A model generated the notes under the pieces. The model did not search any database, had not been told where the DNA came from, and worked only from the letters and a program-made list of their open reading frames with translations. The translations under genes and the position numbers were made by a program. A stretch of DNA of 64,000 nt from Eledone cirrhosa (Eukaryota): assembly GCA_964016885.1 (NCBI GenBank), contig OZ024753.1, forward strand, positions 5,518,001 through 5,582,000. Direction: 5' to 3'. Shown in pieces: positions 51,503 to 64,000 of this stretch. Position 1 is the first letter of the stretch, and the number at the start of each line of letters is the position of its first letter.

Positions 51503-51868
51503 ATAATCACTGCTATTGCAGGGCGATTTTATCTGCCAGTTGCAACGTCTGACAAAAGGAGACATAATTTAAATTCAGAATTCAAAGTGTCAGATCAAAT
51601 ACTCTACAGCTACGGCTGGAATCTTCGCAGTCATAAAGTAAGACCAGTGGTTGACTACCAGGCTGCTGTTGGAGATGCTACTCATCATGCTTGCCAAGCA
51701 TGTGGTAGAGAATGTAAATCAGCAGGAGGGCTCAAGCGACATGCAAAAGTACATGAACTCTAACCACAGCCGGCTATTCCCAGTGAATGTTTTGGTTGCC
51801 AACTCTGTGCAAGACATTTTAGATCATTGGCTGGACTAAAAAGCCACATTCGATCGCAGCGCTGTTAG
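51503..51868 (+). pseudogene. Fragment encoding two C2H2-type zinc fingers with an in-frame stop between them
   Basis: CQACGRECKSAGGLKRHAKVH, TAA at 51761, then CQLCARHFRSLAGLKSHIRSQ in the same frame. Confidence 0.7.
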
Positions 51869-52180
51869 TTGCTATTGTGTGTGTATAGATATGTTTATGT
51901 GTGTGCGTGTGTGTGTATATATATATATGTATATGTATATTATTATTGTTGTTGTTGTCGTTGTTATTATTGTTGTTATTTTTATTATTATTATTGTTAT
52001 TAATATATGTGTATATGTATATATATATATTTTTTTTTTTCTCGTGCAATGGCCATACTCGATAACGAGGGGACAGCCATCATGTATGCATGTATGTATG
52101 TTTGTATGTATGTAAGTATTTGTGTATGTGTGTGTGTGTATATATATATATGTATGCGCATATGTATATATATATGTATG

Positions 52181-52212
<32 letters not shown>

Positions 52213-52250
52213 AATATAAATATACATATATATATTTGTATATATATATT

Positions 52251-52353
<103 letters not shown>

Positions 52354-53105
52354 ACATATATATGTGTGTATGTGTGTGGTGCTTATATATATATATATAT
52401 ATATAGACACTTACACACACACACACACACACACACATACACATATATAATAAGGTGCCAAATAAGTATGAAAGAAACAAAGATACAAAAACAATAAAAT
52501 TCTCATGAAATAAAATAAAATAATACACACAAAATTATATATACATAAATCTAAAAATAAAGTGAAAGAAAATGACTGAAGAAGGAAGAGAAAGAAGGAA
52601 TGAACGAAAGGTATGTTGAAGAAAACTAATGAAGAGAATGAACGAAAGAATGAAAGGTATGTTGAAGGAAACTAATGAAGAAGAAGATCAAAATAGAAGA
52701 GAATAATAAGAAAAGACGAAAGAAGAAAGAATTGTATAAGATTTCTGTGTAGAAAGACTTGATAGAGTAGACATAGTGGACAACAGATCAATCAACTGAC
52801 TGCCATGTATTATGTATTATTTAATTCTATGGTAACAACGTCGGTAACAATAACAACAGGAAGTTGACCACATAGTTATTTTACTTTGTTTATACGAAAA
52901 CCATTATTGTAATTGCCAATGAATAATCCGGAAATTTCGGCTTGACGCCGAAACAGTCGTTTTCAAAAGGCAAGCCGGGCTAATTTGTAAATTACTGACA
53001 CGATATCGTTGGTTAATTAAAGTGAATCGATTTGAAATAATGGTTAAAAACTACCGCTTTTCTAGCTGTGCATTGAATCGTGTGGTACTCAACGGTTTCG
53101 TCGTT

Positions 53106-53172
<67 letters not shown>

Positions 53173-53235
53173 AGAGAGAGCGAGAGAGAGATAGAGATAG
53201 ACAGATAGATAGATAGGTAGTTATATATATATATA

Positions 53236-53564
53236 TTTCGTTTCTGAATTTGTTTAGCAAGATTCTTTATCTGAAATCGTGTGTTGAAACCGATATTGTT
53301 ATACTTTGGGAGGGTCATGTTGCCAATAAGAAACACACGCACCAGTTGCTTTCACTTCAATTTATTATATATTTATAAATTTATAAATTTACAAATTTAC
53401 AAACCTATAAATTTATAAATTTCTGGTTGGTTGGTTGGTTCCACAACCAGATAGTTGTTTATATATAGTCATAGTCCTTTCGTCACACACTCTGTGACCT
53501 CTTCAGTGACTTACGGGTGAAAGCAGCGATTCTTTGCTTAAACTTTAATCTGTTATTTTAATAA

Positions 53565-53570
<6 letters not shown>
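53236..53570 (-). mobile_element. Third copy of the (TA)n-embedded hammerhead element
   Basis: Near-identical to the reverse complement of 22535-22783; (TA)n on both sides. Confidence 0.8.
53467..53511 (-). ncRNA. Candidate minimal type I hammerhead ribozyme
   Basis: Minus strand AGTCA-CTGAAGA-G-GTCACA-GAGTG-TGTGAC-GAAA-GGAC-TA-TGACT. Confidence 0.65.
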
Positions 53571-53661
<91 letters not shown>

Positions 53662-53886
53662 TCGATAGATGGATGGACTGGGTCTCCCGTTTGGGGATAA
53701 TTTCTTCTCTTTTTATCACCAATCTCGGAAAGCTCGAGAAAATAAAGAGTAATGGGTATTCTACTGTCCTTCCTGAATAAAAGGTAAAAAATACCACGAA
53801 CCAACGTGTCCTTTATATGACGGTCAGGTTTGATTTGAGGGAAATTTGGCTGCTATTTCTAGAAGAAATATCAATTTTATAGCGGT

Positions 53887-54190
53887 TCCTTCGTTGGCTC
53901 GTAGACATTTCAGTTATGAAATAGGCAGTGACGGAGGCGAGGGGCTTGGCGGTGATACGTTTCGACTCTATTATTTCTGCTAACATATCTTTTGTGCCCG
54001 ATGAAAATTAAGAAGCACAGTTTTCCATTTAATAAGAATCCTTCGTTGGCTCGTATACTCATCAGTTATAAGCCGCGGAAAGAGAGAGGTTGGGGTTGGG
54101 GTTGATTAATTTTGACTCTATTACTTCCGCTATAATATTGTCTTTTGTGCCCGATGAAAATTAAGAAGCACAATTTTCCATTTAATAAGA
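53887..54190. repeat. Diverged ~152-bp tandem duplication
   Basis: TCCTTCGTTGGCTCGTA...TTTTCCATTTAATAAGAA twice. Confidence 0.8.
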
Positions 54191-55839
54191 ATAATGACTG
54201 TCAAGAATTATGAATAGATAAATGAATAATGAATTTAATAATCTACAGCTGGTTCATATGGTTGACAACCTTTATCTTATACTAACGTCTATAAATATAC
54301 AAGCAGAAACAACTCAATCTAATCATACGACCTTACAGCGACCTAGCCGATGTCAGGAAAATAAGGGAACAAAGGAAAATGCCTGCAGGGAATTAACCAC
54401 TATTATTGCTAGAGAATGTGGTACGAGTTAATCCAAAGACACAGACTTCAGCAGTGATGTGACGAATGTTAATAAGAATAGATTGGCTTCATTTAATAAT
54501 AATTTATTGTCTATTTACAATAAACTGTTCTTTCAAGTTAACTTTATTCACAGTTTCGTAATTGCATTTGTTTGTTTTTGAGACTTTTGACGGTCAATTG
54601 ACCCCCCTGTAAGCGAAATATTTCTGGGTGTCATGGAAACCACGCAATTTTGGAAACTAAATTAATATTGCGAAAAAGGAAAGAAACCAAATGACTCGAA
54701 AAGTATAGCTAACCCAACAATAACAATAACAATAATAATTGTTTCTACTTTTGGCACAAGGCCAGAAATTATTCCAGTGCATTACTGGTACTTTATTTCA
54801 TCGACCCCGTAAGGATGAAAGGCAAAGCTAACCTCAGCGGGATTTGAAACTCAGAACGTTAAGAGGTTAGCTTTGCCTTTCATCCTTAGTCACCCTCTGG
54901 GGTCGATTTAATCGACTTTCCCCTCCCCCAAAACTGTTGGCCCTGAGCCTAAATCAGAAACCGTTATTATATAACGGAGACGATGTAAGCATTCGCCATC
55001 TCTGCCTGACCTTTCGGGGATAGCTTCTTCTTGGCCCATTTTTGGGGAAGACTGAAGACTGACAAGCCTGCTCAACTCTATCTGGAGTTCTGGGTCCATT
55101 CATTCATTGACTAGTGTTTATGTTATCAAATCCGGAAGGATGTAAGGTAAAGGCGAACCCGGTAGGATTACTAAATAAATATAATATTTTCTTTAGAAAA
55201 AAAACATGAAAGGAAAAGTGAAGAAATACCTTTGGTTGTATATATGTGTATATATAAAAGATTATGGGGAAGCAAAAATATATACATTTTAATGTGCTTC
55301 AGATGTTATATATTTTATGTACGTATGTGTGTGTCTGTTTATGTGTGCGTGCCTGTGTACATGTGTGTGGGAGTTGACTGTGTTTGGAAAGAAGTGAGAA
55401 AGGTTATCTTCATAAATTAAAAGGAACAACTGTAATATAAATTACAGCGCCACCTGCCGATGTCTCCTTGTAATTATCTAGAATGTTCAATCAGCAAAAA
55501 TTCTATTGATATACACAGAGCTGTTTCAACACATAGTATATTAAAAAAAATATTAAAAATAAAAATATGAATGATATAAAAATATTATTCCATAATATTG
55601 AATAAAATTACGTTGTAGTTTCAGCAAATAAATAGATAAATGAATAGCAACAAAACAAAATAAGAACCATAAAAAATCGAAAAAAATATGAGAAACTTTT
55701 GGTAAATATGCCAAAGAATTGTATGGAAGCCATCTGAAGTAGTTATATGTTTATGGAAATAAGTCTATCGAATCTGAGAAGTATTTCCTTTGGTACCATA
55801 TTAGTGGAATATATTTGTATATTAATCTAAGTAGTAATA

Positions 55840-56392
<553 letters not shown>

Positions 56393-56711
56393 ATGAAAAA
56401 ATGTCTGCCGTTGCCTAAATAAAACAACAACAATAAGGAAACGCATGACTAAATAATGAAACATTACAACAACAATAGTAAGAAGAAGGAAAAACAAAAA
56501 GAAGAAGAATGAAAAAGCACCACAACAACAACAACAACAACTAAAACTTCGAGGAAAAACATCAGTAAAAAAATATAACACCACCACAACAACAAGGAAA
56601 AACAATCACCATCCACCAAGAAAAAAACAATATAAAGGAAAGTCTGATATTATTTGGGTCACATCTGTTGCTCTCTTTAGCTTTCTTACCTGTTATTTCC
56701 TCATTTAGTTA

Positions 56712-56995
56712 TGTCTGTGGTTCTGTATTAAAGCTGGACGTATATATGGCAGTTCACTTTACAGTCATGAGGTCCCAGGTTCGTTCCCACTGCCTGACAT
56801 CTTGGTCAATGGACATAGACATGGCTGTCCACTTTACAGCCATGGGGTCCGGGTTCGTTCCCACTGTTTGGTATCGTGGTCAAATATCTTTATGTCTGGT
56901 TCTATATTAAAACTGGACGTAGACATAGCTGTCCACTTTACAGTCATGTGGTCTGGTTTCGTTTGCACTGACTAGCATCTTGGTCAAATATTTTT
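56712..56995 (+). repeat. Three tandem SINE-head-derived units
   Basis: GGAC.TA.A.ATGGC.GT.CACTTTACAG.CATG.GGTC...GTTCGTT..CACTG repeated three times. Confidence 0.6.
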
Positions 56996-57744
56996 ATACG
57001 TAGATTGTTAGTCACATTCCTCAATTAATGAAGTAACAACAACAGCAGCAACAGCAGCAGTAGTAGTAGCAGTAGCAACAACAACAGCAACAGAAGTACA
57101 CGGAAGCTATGTGGAAGCCTGTTGGACACAATATGTAAAAACAGACCTTTCAGTTACAGGAACAATCCATGCGACCGGCTTCGACGCAGTTTCCGTCTCC
57201 CTAATTTCACACGCAATGCTTGTGTCGACTTGAGTTTACGGTAAAGATGCCACAAGATGCCACAAGATGGCCACAACATGAGTTGACCCGAAGCTATGGT
57301 AATGGAGTCTCATGGTTGTGAAGTGAACTTCTTATCCACTCAGTCATGCTTGTGTCTACCCAGAATGTAATACGACTCAATTAGAAACCAACAGCACATC
57401 GTACGTTTCTCTACTGAACCAGCCACTCCCGTGTCTCAGAATTCGATGATTTTATTTTATTGACCGACCGATCGAATGATTTGAAACGATTCCGAAAGAT
57501 GGCCATTTACTCTGACCACTGAGTAGATGCTTCAGTGCATTGAAGCGATCCAACCCTTGAAGACAGAACCAAAACCAGCTGTCTTGAGGATAGACTCCAA
57601 TTACCAATCGTCTAAATCTTTACCCCTATATCTTTTTCTCACTTCCTTTCTATTTCTTTTTGCTTTTGGGTATGTTTAAACCTGGAAAGGGATGGGCCCC
57701 GCCAGGTTTAAAATGACTAGAACACGCTGTATGTCATGACATAC

Positions 57745-57990
57745 ATACGGGGGTCGGCTGACCAAAATACTCTCATGGAATGTGACCATATGAAGTTTAT
57801 TTTTCAACATCGTCCCCCGTGCGATTCACAAACTTCTTCCATCAGTTTTGTAGTGACTAGATCGTATTGGTCAAGAAGCTTTTATCCAGTTGGTCAAAAA
57901 GTCATCAACAGCAGATATGACGTCATCATCACTGCGATATTGGTTCGCAGCCTAGAGTTTTTTTTTATGTTGAAGAATAAATGATAGTCA
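57745..57990 (-). mobile_element. Mariner transposase C-terminal relic plus TIR remnant
   Basis: Minus translation DYHLFF...YRSDDDVISAVDDF...WKKFVNRTGDDVEK*. Confidence 0.8.
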
Positions 57991-58106
57991 TTACTGACAA
58001 CTATTGACAAGATTACTGAGAACATATATTACAATTAAAACTAACAGCATTACTGAGATTACTGAGAACATATGTTATAAGTAAAAATAACAGCGTTTAG
58101 CAGATT

Positions 58107-58178
58107 GGGGATATAGCTCAGTGGTAGAGCATTCGACTGCAGATCGAGAGGTCCCCGGTTCGAACCCGGGTGTCCCCT
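58107..58178 (+). tRNA. tRNA-Cys-GCA: tRNA-Cys(GCA), canonical copy
   Basis: Identical to 17758-17829; long poly-T follows. Confidence 0.97.
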
Positions 58179-58229
<51 letters not shown>

Positions 58230-58295
58230 CATTAAATATTTTTCTCATACTGATTAAAATAAGATAATCAAAAGCAGAAGAAACTAGCAAGATTG

Positions 58296-58367
58296 GGGGA
58301 TATAGCTCAGTGGTAGAGCATTCGACTGCAGATCGAGAGGTCCCCGGTTCGAACCCGGGTGTCCCCT
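58296..58367 (+). tRNA. tRNA-Cys-GCA: tRNA-Cys(GCA), canonical copy
   Basis: Identical; extra G at -1. Confidence 0.97.
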
Positions 58368-58459
58368 TCTTTTTTTTTTTTTTTTTTTTTTTTTCATTAA
58401 ATATTTTTCTCATACTGATTAAAATAAGATAATCAAAAGCAGAAGAAACTAGCAAGATT

Positions 58460-58531
58460 GGGGATATAGCTCAGTGGTAGAGCATTCGACTGCAGATCGA
58501 GAGGTCCCCGGTTCGAACCCGGGTGTCCCCT
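58460..58531 (+). tRNA. tRNA-Cys-GCA: tRNA-Cys(GCA), canonical copy
   Basis: Identical to 17758-17829. Confidence 0.97.
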
Positions 58532-58644
58532 TCTTTTTTTTTTTTTTTATTTTTTATTTTTTATTTTTTTTTTTTTTTCATTAAATATTTTTCTCATACT
58601 GATTAAAATAAGATAATCAAAAGCAGAAGAAACTAGCAAGATTG

Positions 58645-58715
58645 GGGGATATAGCTCAGTGGTAGAGCATTCGACTGCAGATCGAGAGGTCCCCGGTTCG
58701 AACCTGGTGTCCCCT
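58645..58715 (+). tRNA. tRNA-Cys-GCA: tRNA-Cys(GCA) variant with shortened T stem (pseudogene or read error)
   Basis: GAACCTGGTGTCCCC instead of GAACCCGGGTGTCCCC. Confidence 0.6.
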
Positions 58716-58807
58716 TCTTTTTTTTTTTTTTTTTTTTTTTTTCATTAAATATTTTTCTCATACTGATTAAAATAAGATAATCAAAAGCAGAAGAAACTAC
58801 CAAGATT

Positions 58808-58879
58808 GGGGATATAGCTCAGTGGTAGAGCATTCGACTGCAGATCGAGAGGTCCCCGGTTCGGACCCGGGTGTCCCCT
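58808..58879 (+). tRNA. tRNA-Cys-GCA: tRNA-Cys(GCA) variant with T-loop A58G
   Basis: Single change, TTCGGAC, at a conserved B-box position. Confidence 0.7.
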
Positions 58880-58921
<42 letters not shown>

Positions 58922-58986
58922 CATTAAATATTTTTCTCATACTGATTAAAATAAGATAATCAAAAGCAGAAGAAACTAGCAAGATT

Positions 58987-59058
58987 GGGGATATAGCTCA
59001 GTGGTAGAGCATTCGACTGCAGATCGAAAGGTCCCCGGTTCGAACCCGGGTGTCCCCT
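58987..59058 (+). tRNA. tRNA-Cys-GCA: tRNA-Cys(GCA) isodecoder
   Basis: Single G-to-A change converts the U27-G43 wobble to U-A; all stems intact. Confidence 0.93.
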
Positions 59059-59159
59059 TCTTTTTTTTTTTTTTTTTTTTTTTTCCATTAAATATTTTTC
59101 TCATACTGATTAAAATGATTAAAATAAGATAATCAAAAGCAGAAGAAACTAGCAAGATT

Positions 59160-59231
59160 GGGGATATAGCTCAGTGGTAGCGCATTCGTCTGCAGATTGA
59201 GAGGTCCCTGGTTCAAACCCGGTTGTCCCCT
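59160..59231 (+). pseudogene. tRNA-Cys, multiple substitutions
   Basis: About six changes, including D-stem and T-stem mismatches. Confidence 0.8.
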
Positions 59232-59301
59232 TCTTAATTTTATTGTTTTCCTGATACTAATTAAAATAAGATATTCAAAAGCAATAGATAGTAACCAGAT
59301 T

Positions 59302-59373
59302 GGGGTTATAGCTCAGTGGTAGAGCATTCGACTGCAGATCGAGAGCTCTCCGGTTCGAACCCAGATGTCCCGT
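59302..59373 (+). pseudogene. tRNA-Cys, multiple substitutions
   Basis: Acceptor and T-stem mismatches (GGGGTTA / TGTCCCG). Confidence 0.8.
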
Positions 59374-59443
59374 TCTTTCTCTTATTGTTCTTCTCACACT
59401 AATTAAAATAAGATATTCAAAATCATAAGACTCTCGCCATATT

Positions 59444-59515
59444 GGGGATATAGTTCAGTGGTAGAGCATTCGACTGCAGATCGTTAGGTCTCTGGTTCGA
59501 ACCCGGGTGTCCCCT
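59444..59515 (+). pseudogene. tRNA-Cys, multiple substitutions
   Basis: Anticodon stem 3' strand TCGTT, extra G-U pairs in D and T stems. Confidence 0.75.
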
Positions 59516-59599
59516 GCCTTTTTTTTTTATATCTTTTTATATTTTGTTGTGGAATGGTTTGTTGCTTGCGAAAATACAACTGGCTTTTGTAGCCTTCGG

Positions 59600-59897
59600 A
59601 AAGCTGATCAAGATACTCTCATAGAACGTGACGATGACCAAATGAGCTTTATTTTTCAACATAGTCCTCCTTGCAGTCCACACACTTCTTCCATCAGTGT
59701 TGCAGCGCATGGATCCCATTGATGAAGAAGGTTTCATCCTGTTAGTAAAAAAAATCATCACCAGCTGATATATGATCATCACTGCGATACTGGCTCCCAG
59801 TCAAGTGATTTTTCCCGTTGGTGAACAGATGATAGTCAGATGGGATGAAAATCAAGAGAATAGGGAGGGTGATCAACTAGTTCAAAGCCACAGTCAT
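59600..59897 (-). mobile_element. Mariner transposase C-terminal relic
   Basis: Minus translation GFELVDHPPYSLD..PSDYHLF...WKKCVDCKEDYVEK* (YSPDL motif region). Confidence 0.88.
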
Positions 59898-60218
59898 ATA
59901 TTCTTCATTTAGGTTATATCGATACCACTTCTTGAATAGCGACTAAATTCCAACGACGATCGGACCATTGAAAACTAATCTTAATAGTTTGCGGGAGTTG
60001 AACTGAAAACGTTTAGAAAAAAAAAATATAACGAATGTATCTGACACCCTAAAATCCTCCAATTTACCGCCAGAATTCAACGAATATATTGAAAATAACA
60101 TCATTTTCTTTTAATACACATGGCTTTGTTAGAATTTTATGAATAGAACAGGTAGATAAGAAGATTGATGGTTCTGTGGTCGGACCAAAGAAATTAGAAA
60201 TTAGTTTGTGTATGTGTG

Positions 60219-60252
<34 letters not shown>

Positions 60253-60591
60253 TTTGCTGAGTGTTTGTAGTCCCATTAGAGCAATAACGGTCTTATTTAC
60301 GTACACACACACACACACACACCAACACACACACACACACATATTTAAATGAAAACGAAAAAAAACCCTAGAATTTAAGCCACAACCGTTAAAGCTATTT
60401 TATTAACCGTTATCAACAGACTTAAACAGGTCAATAGGTCTGCCAATATTCAGTTAGAATTAATTCTCACCATTTTTATGAGTGAAGATTTCTTATGATA
60501 GCTTAATATTTCGTATTGTTCGCTTCAGCGATTTTCTCTGTGATACCTTCTATTAACTCTACTTTTATAGCAGCATTCAAAAGTAATTTTG

Positions 60592-60689
<98 letters not shown>

Positions 60690-62134
60690 ATAGATGCCTA
60701 TCTGTCTGTTTGTGTTTACCTCCCAATATACTTACATATTTGTCTACCCATCCTCTGTCGTTATCTATCTATATAACGATCTATCTATCTGTCTTATATA
60801 TCTGTCAGTCTATCTCTCTATATTTATTTTCCTATTTTGCTGTATGGAGTTCCAATAATGTATCTTTATATATCTAAGGCTTCATAACTCATTCTTTCTT
60901 AAGACAATAACGTCTGTGATTTGCGAGGGATTTGTCTGCTATCCCAAGCAAGTCAAGTCATTACTTAGTAGCTTCCTCACTTGCCCTTTCTCTGCGTGTG
61001 TGTCTGTGGGCCCCATAAAAGCTGTAGCATAAATTGGTTAGACGGATCATAGCCAAATGGCTCAACGTCTGCTTTGAAATCACGTGGCATCATGGGCAAA
61101 ATATCAATTACCATAGTCTTATACCAACCTCAGGCGAGTTGGCAGAGTCATTAGAACGTCGGATAGAATGATTTGCTGTATTAGTTTCGGTGATCTACCG
61201 TCAGTTCAAATTCTATCGAGGTCAACTTTGTATTTTATCCATTCGAAGTCGATAAAAAAGTACCTGTCCAGTTCTGGGGTCGATTCTTCTTCCATTCTCT
61301 CATTCTTTATCTTTCTCTGGATGAAATATACTGTATTCATACACTATTTCTATCCGACACTTTCATTCATATAGGGATATAGACAACATATACGATCAAC
61401 TGTATTTAATTTAGCAATCCCACGAGAAAAAATATTGGATTTGAATACGGAACAATTAGATTTAATAAAGCAATAGCAATATGAACACAAAATGATTGGT
61501 ATTTCATTTAATAATCCCAAGAGATAGGTTTTGGGATTTGAACACGATACGATTGGTTTTAATAAATCAACCCCAATTTGAACACAAAATGATTCGTATT
61601 TAATTTTGTAATCTCAAGAAATAAAATCTGGGTTTTGAATCTAGAACGTAATAATAGCAGAAAGTGGTCTAGTGAACTATTGTTTAGTACTCAATATATA
61701 TATCGACGTTGTTTCTGTGTCTACAGATTTATTTTTCTCAGTTTCAGAAGATCCCGTAAAAGGGTGAAAGCGGCAATTCTGTGCTTACACTTTAATCTAT
61801 ACAAATAATAGATATTTGCTCTACGAGTTTTATATATATATATTTTATATATATAATCTTTATCAAGCCCTCTTTGGATTTTAGTGTTCATAATTATTAT
61901 TACTATATATATATACAGAATAGAAAGGATTAGGAATAAGGCAAATAAAATAAACTCATGGTTTGATAGCAATAAATACTAGAGTGTAATGTTCGTCAAT
62001 ACAACCCCTAGAGGCGAACAAGCTTACAGATTTAAAAGGGTCCTAGACAAGCTCAAATTAAATATTAAAATAGTTGAAAGATCCAGGTGTACCGATAAAA
62101 AACTATAATTAGTAAAACATACCCATTTTAGCTT

Positions 62135-62840
62135 CGTCATCATCACCACCAGCACCAGCATCATCATCATCACCACCGGTACCGGCACCAGCACCAGCAC
62201 CAGCACCAGCACCAGCACCAGCACCAGCACCAGCACCAGCACCACCACTATGACCCCTCCCTCACACCGCCAACACACCACACTATCAAACCCACCACCA
62301 CCACCACTGCCACCACCACTGCCACCACCACTGCCACCACCACCACCACCACCGCCACCACCACCACCACTGCCACCACCACCGCCACCACCGCCTCCAC
62401 CACTGCCACCACCACCGCCACCACCGCCTCCACCACTGCCACCACTACTGCCACCACCACTGCCACCACCACCACCACCATTGCCACCACCACCACCACC
62501 ACCACCACCACCACCACCACCACCACCACTGTTACCACCACCACCACCACCACCACCACCACCACCACCACTGCCACCACCACCGCCACCACCGCCTCCA
62601 CCACTGCCACCACTACTGCCACCACCACCACCACCACCACCACCACCACCACCACCACCACCACCACCACCACCACCACCACCACCACCACCACCACTGT
62701 TACCACCACCACCACCACCACCACCACCACCACCACCACTGCCACCACTACCGCCACCACCGCCGCCTCCACCGCCTCCACCACCACCACCACCACCACC
62801 ACCACCACCACCACCACCACCACCACCACCGCCACCACCA
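62135..62840. repeat. (CAGCAC)n and long (CCA)n tract
   Basis: Directly visible. Confidence 0.95.
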
Positions 62841-63038
62841 GTATTAACAGTAGTTCAATAAATATGTATGGAATTATTATCACATAGATTGACCTTTTCG
62901 TTGATCGTTACAAGAAGCAACGTGTGATGATAATAGTGTAACATATCTTGGCTGAAAAGGATTGGCCTTCTTCAATACATAATGTCTCTTCGATCTCGAT
63001 AATTGATCGGTCGCTGTGCATTGCTAGTTTTCAGTGAG

Positions 63039-64000
<962 letters not shown>

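Noticed and set aside
58107-59515. CRISPR-like repeat-spacer array (also 17758-18577)
   Set aside because: The repeats are 72-nt tRNA genes, the spacers are near-identical rather than unique, there are no cas genes, and the context is eukaryotic.
61400-61650. ~97-bp degenerate tandem repeat
   Set aside because: Low identity and appears derived from decayed SINE sequence; no further structure.
62250-62861. 203-aa poly-proline ORF (formin/extensin-like)
   Set aside because: It is a (CCA)n microsatellite open in several frames, with no flanking domain or evident exon context.

Overview
AT-rich, microsatellite-dense animal genomic DNA; the repeat content (RTE, Tx1, CR1, Meta-domain-like SINEs, long (TA)n/(CA)n tracts) suggests an octopus or other cephalopod (inference). 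No intact host protein-coding gene is supported, and most long ORFs are LINE ORF2 remnants or translated microsatellites. The main functional content is a dispersed tRNA-Cys(GCA) supercluster: 19 near-full-length copies (8 identical) plus about 9 decayed copies. It comprises a 5-unit tandem array (17.76-18.58 kb), an inverted module (19.7-20.2 kb), a pair (24.76-24.98 kb) and a 9-unit tandem array (58.1-59.5 kb), and both arrays decay toward their 3' end. The rest is mobile DNA: large RTE LINE copies (one nested antisense in another, all with a PHD-like finger after the RT), a 5'-truncated Tx1, two CR1 3' ends, CRE/Dong/Vingi-like relics, hAT, mariner and piggyBac-like relics and MITEs, and many SINEs. 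The least expected signals are two unrelated small non-coding elements with minimal type I hammerhead ribozyme folds: a 331-bp partial tandem at 29.9-30.3 kb (retrozyme or Penelope pLTR-like) and a (TA)n-embedded family at 22.3-22.8 and 53.2-53.6 kb. There is also a 1.2-kb inverted segmental duplication and several perfect hairpins. All calls were made by eye, and the boundaries of decayed elements are approximate.
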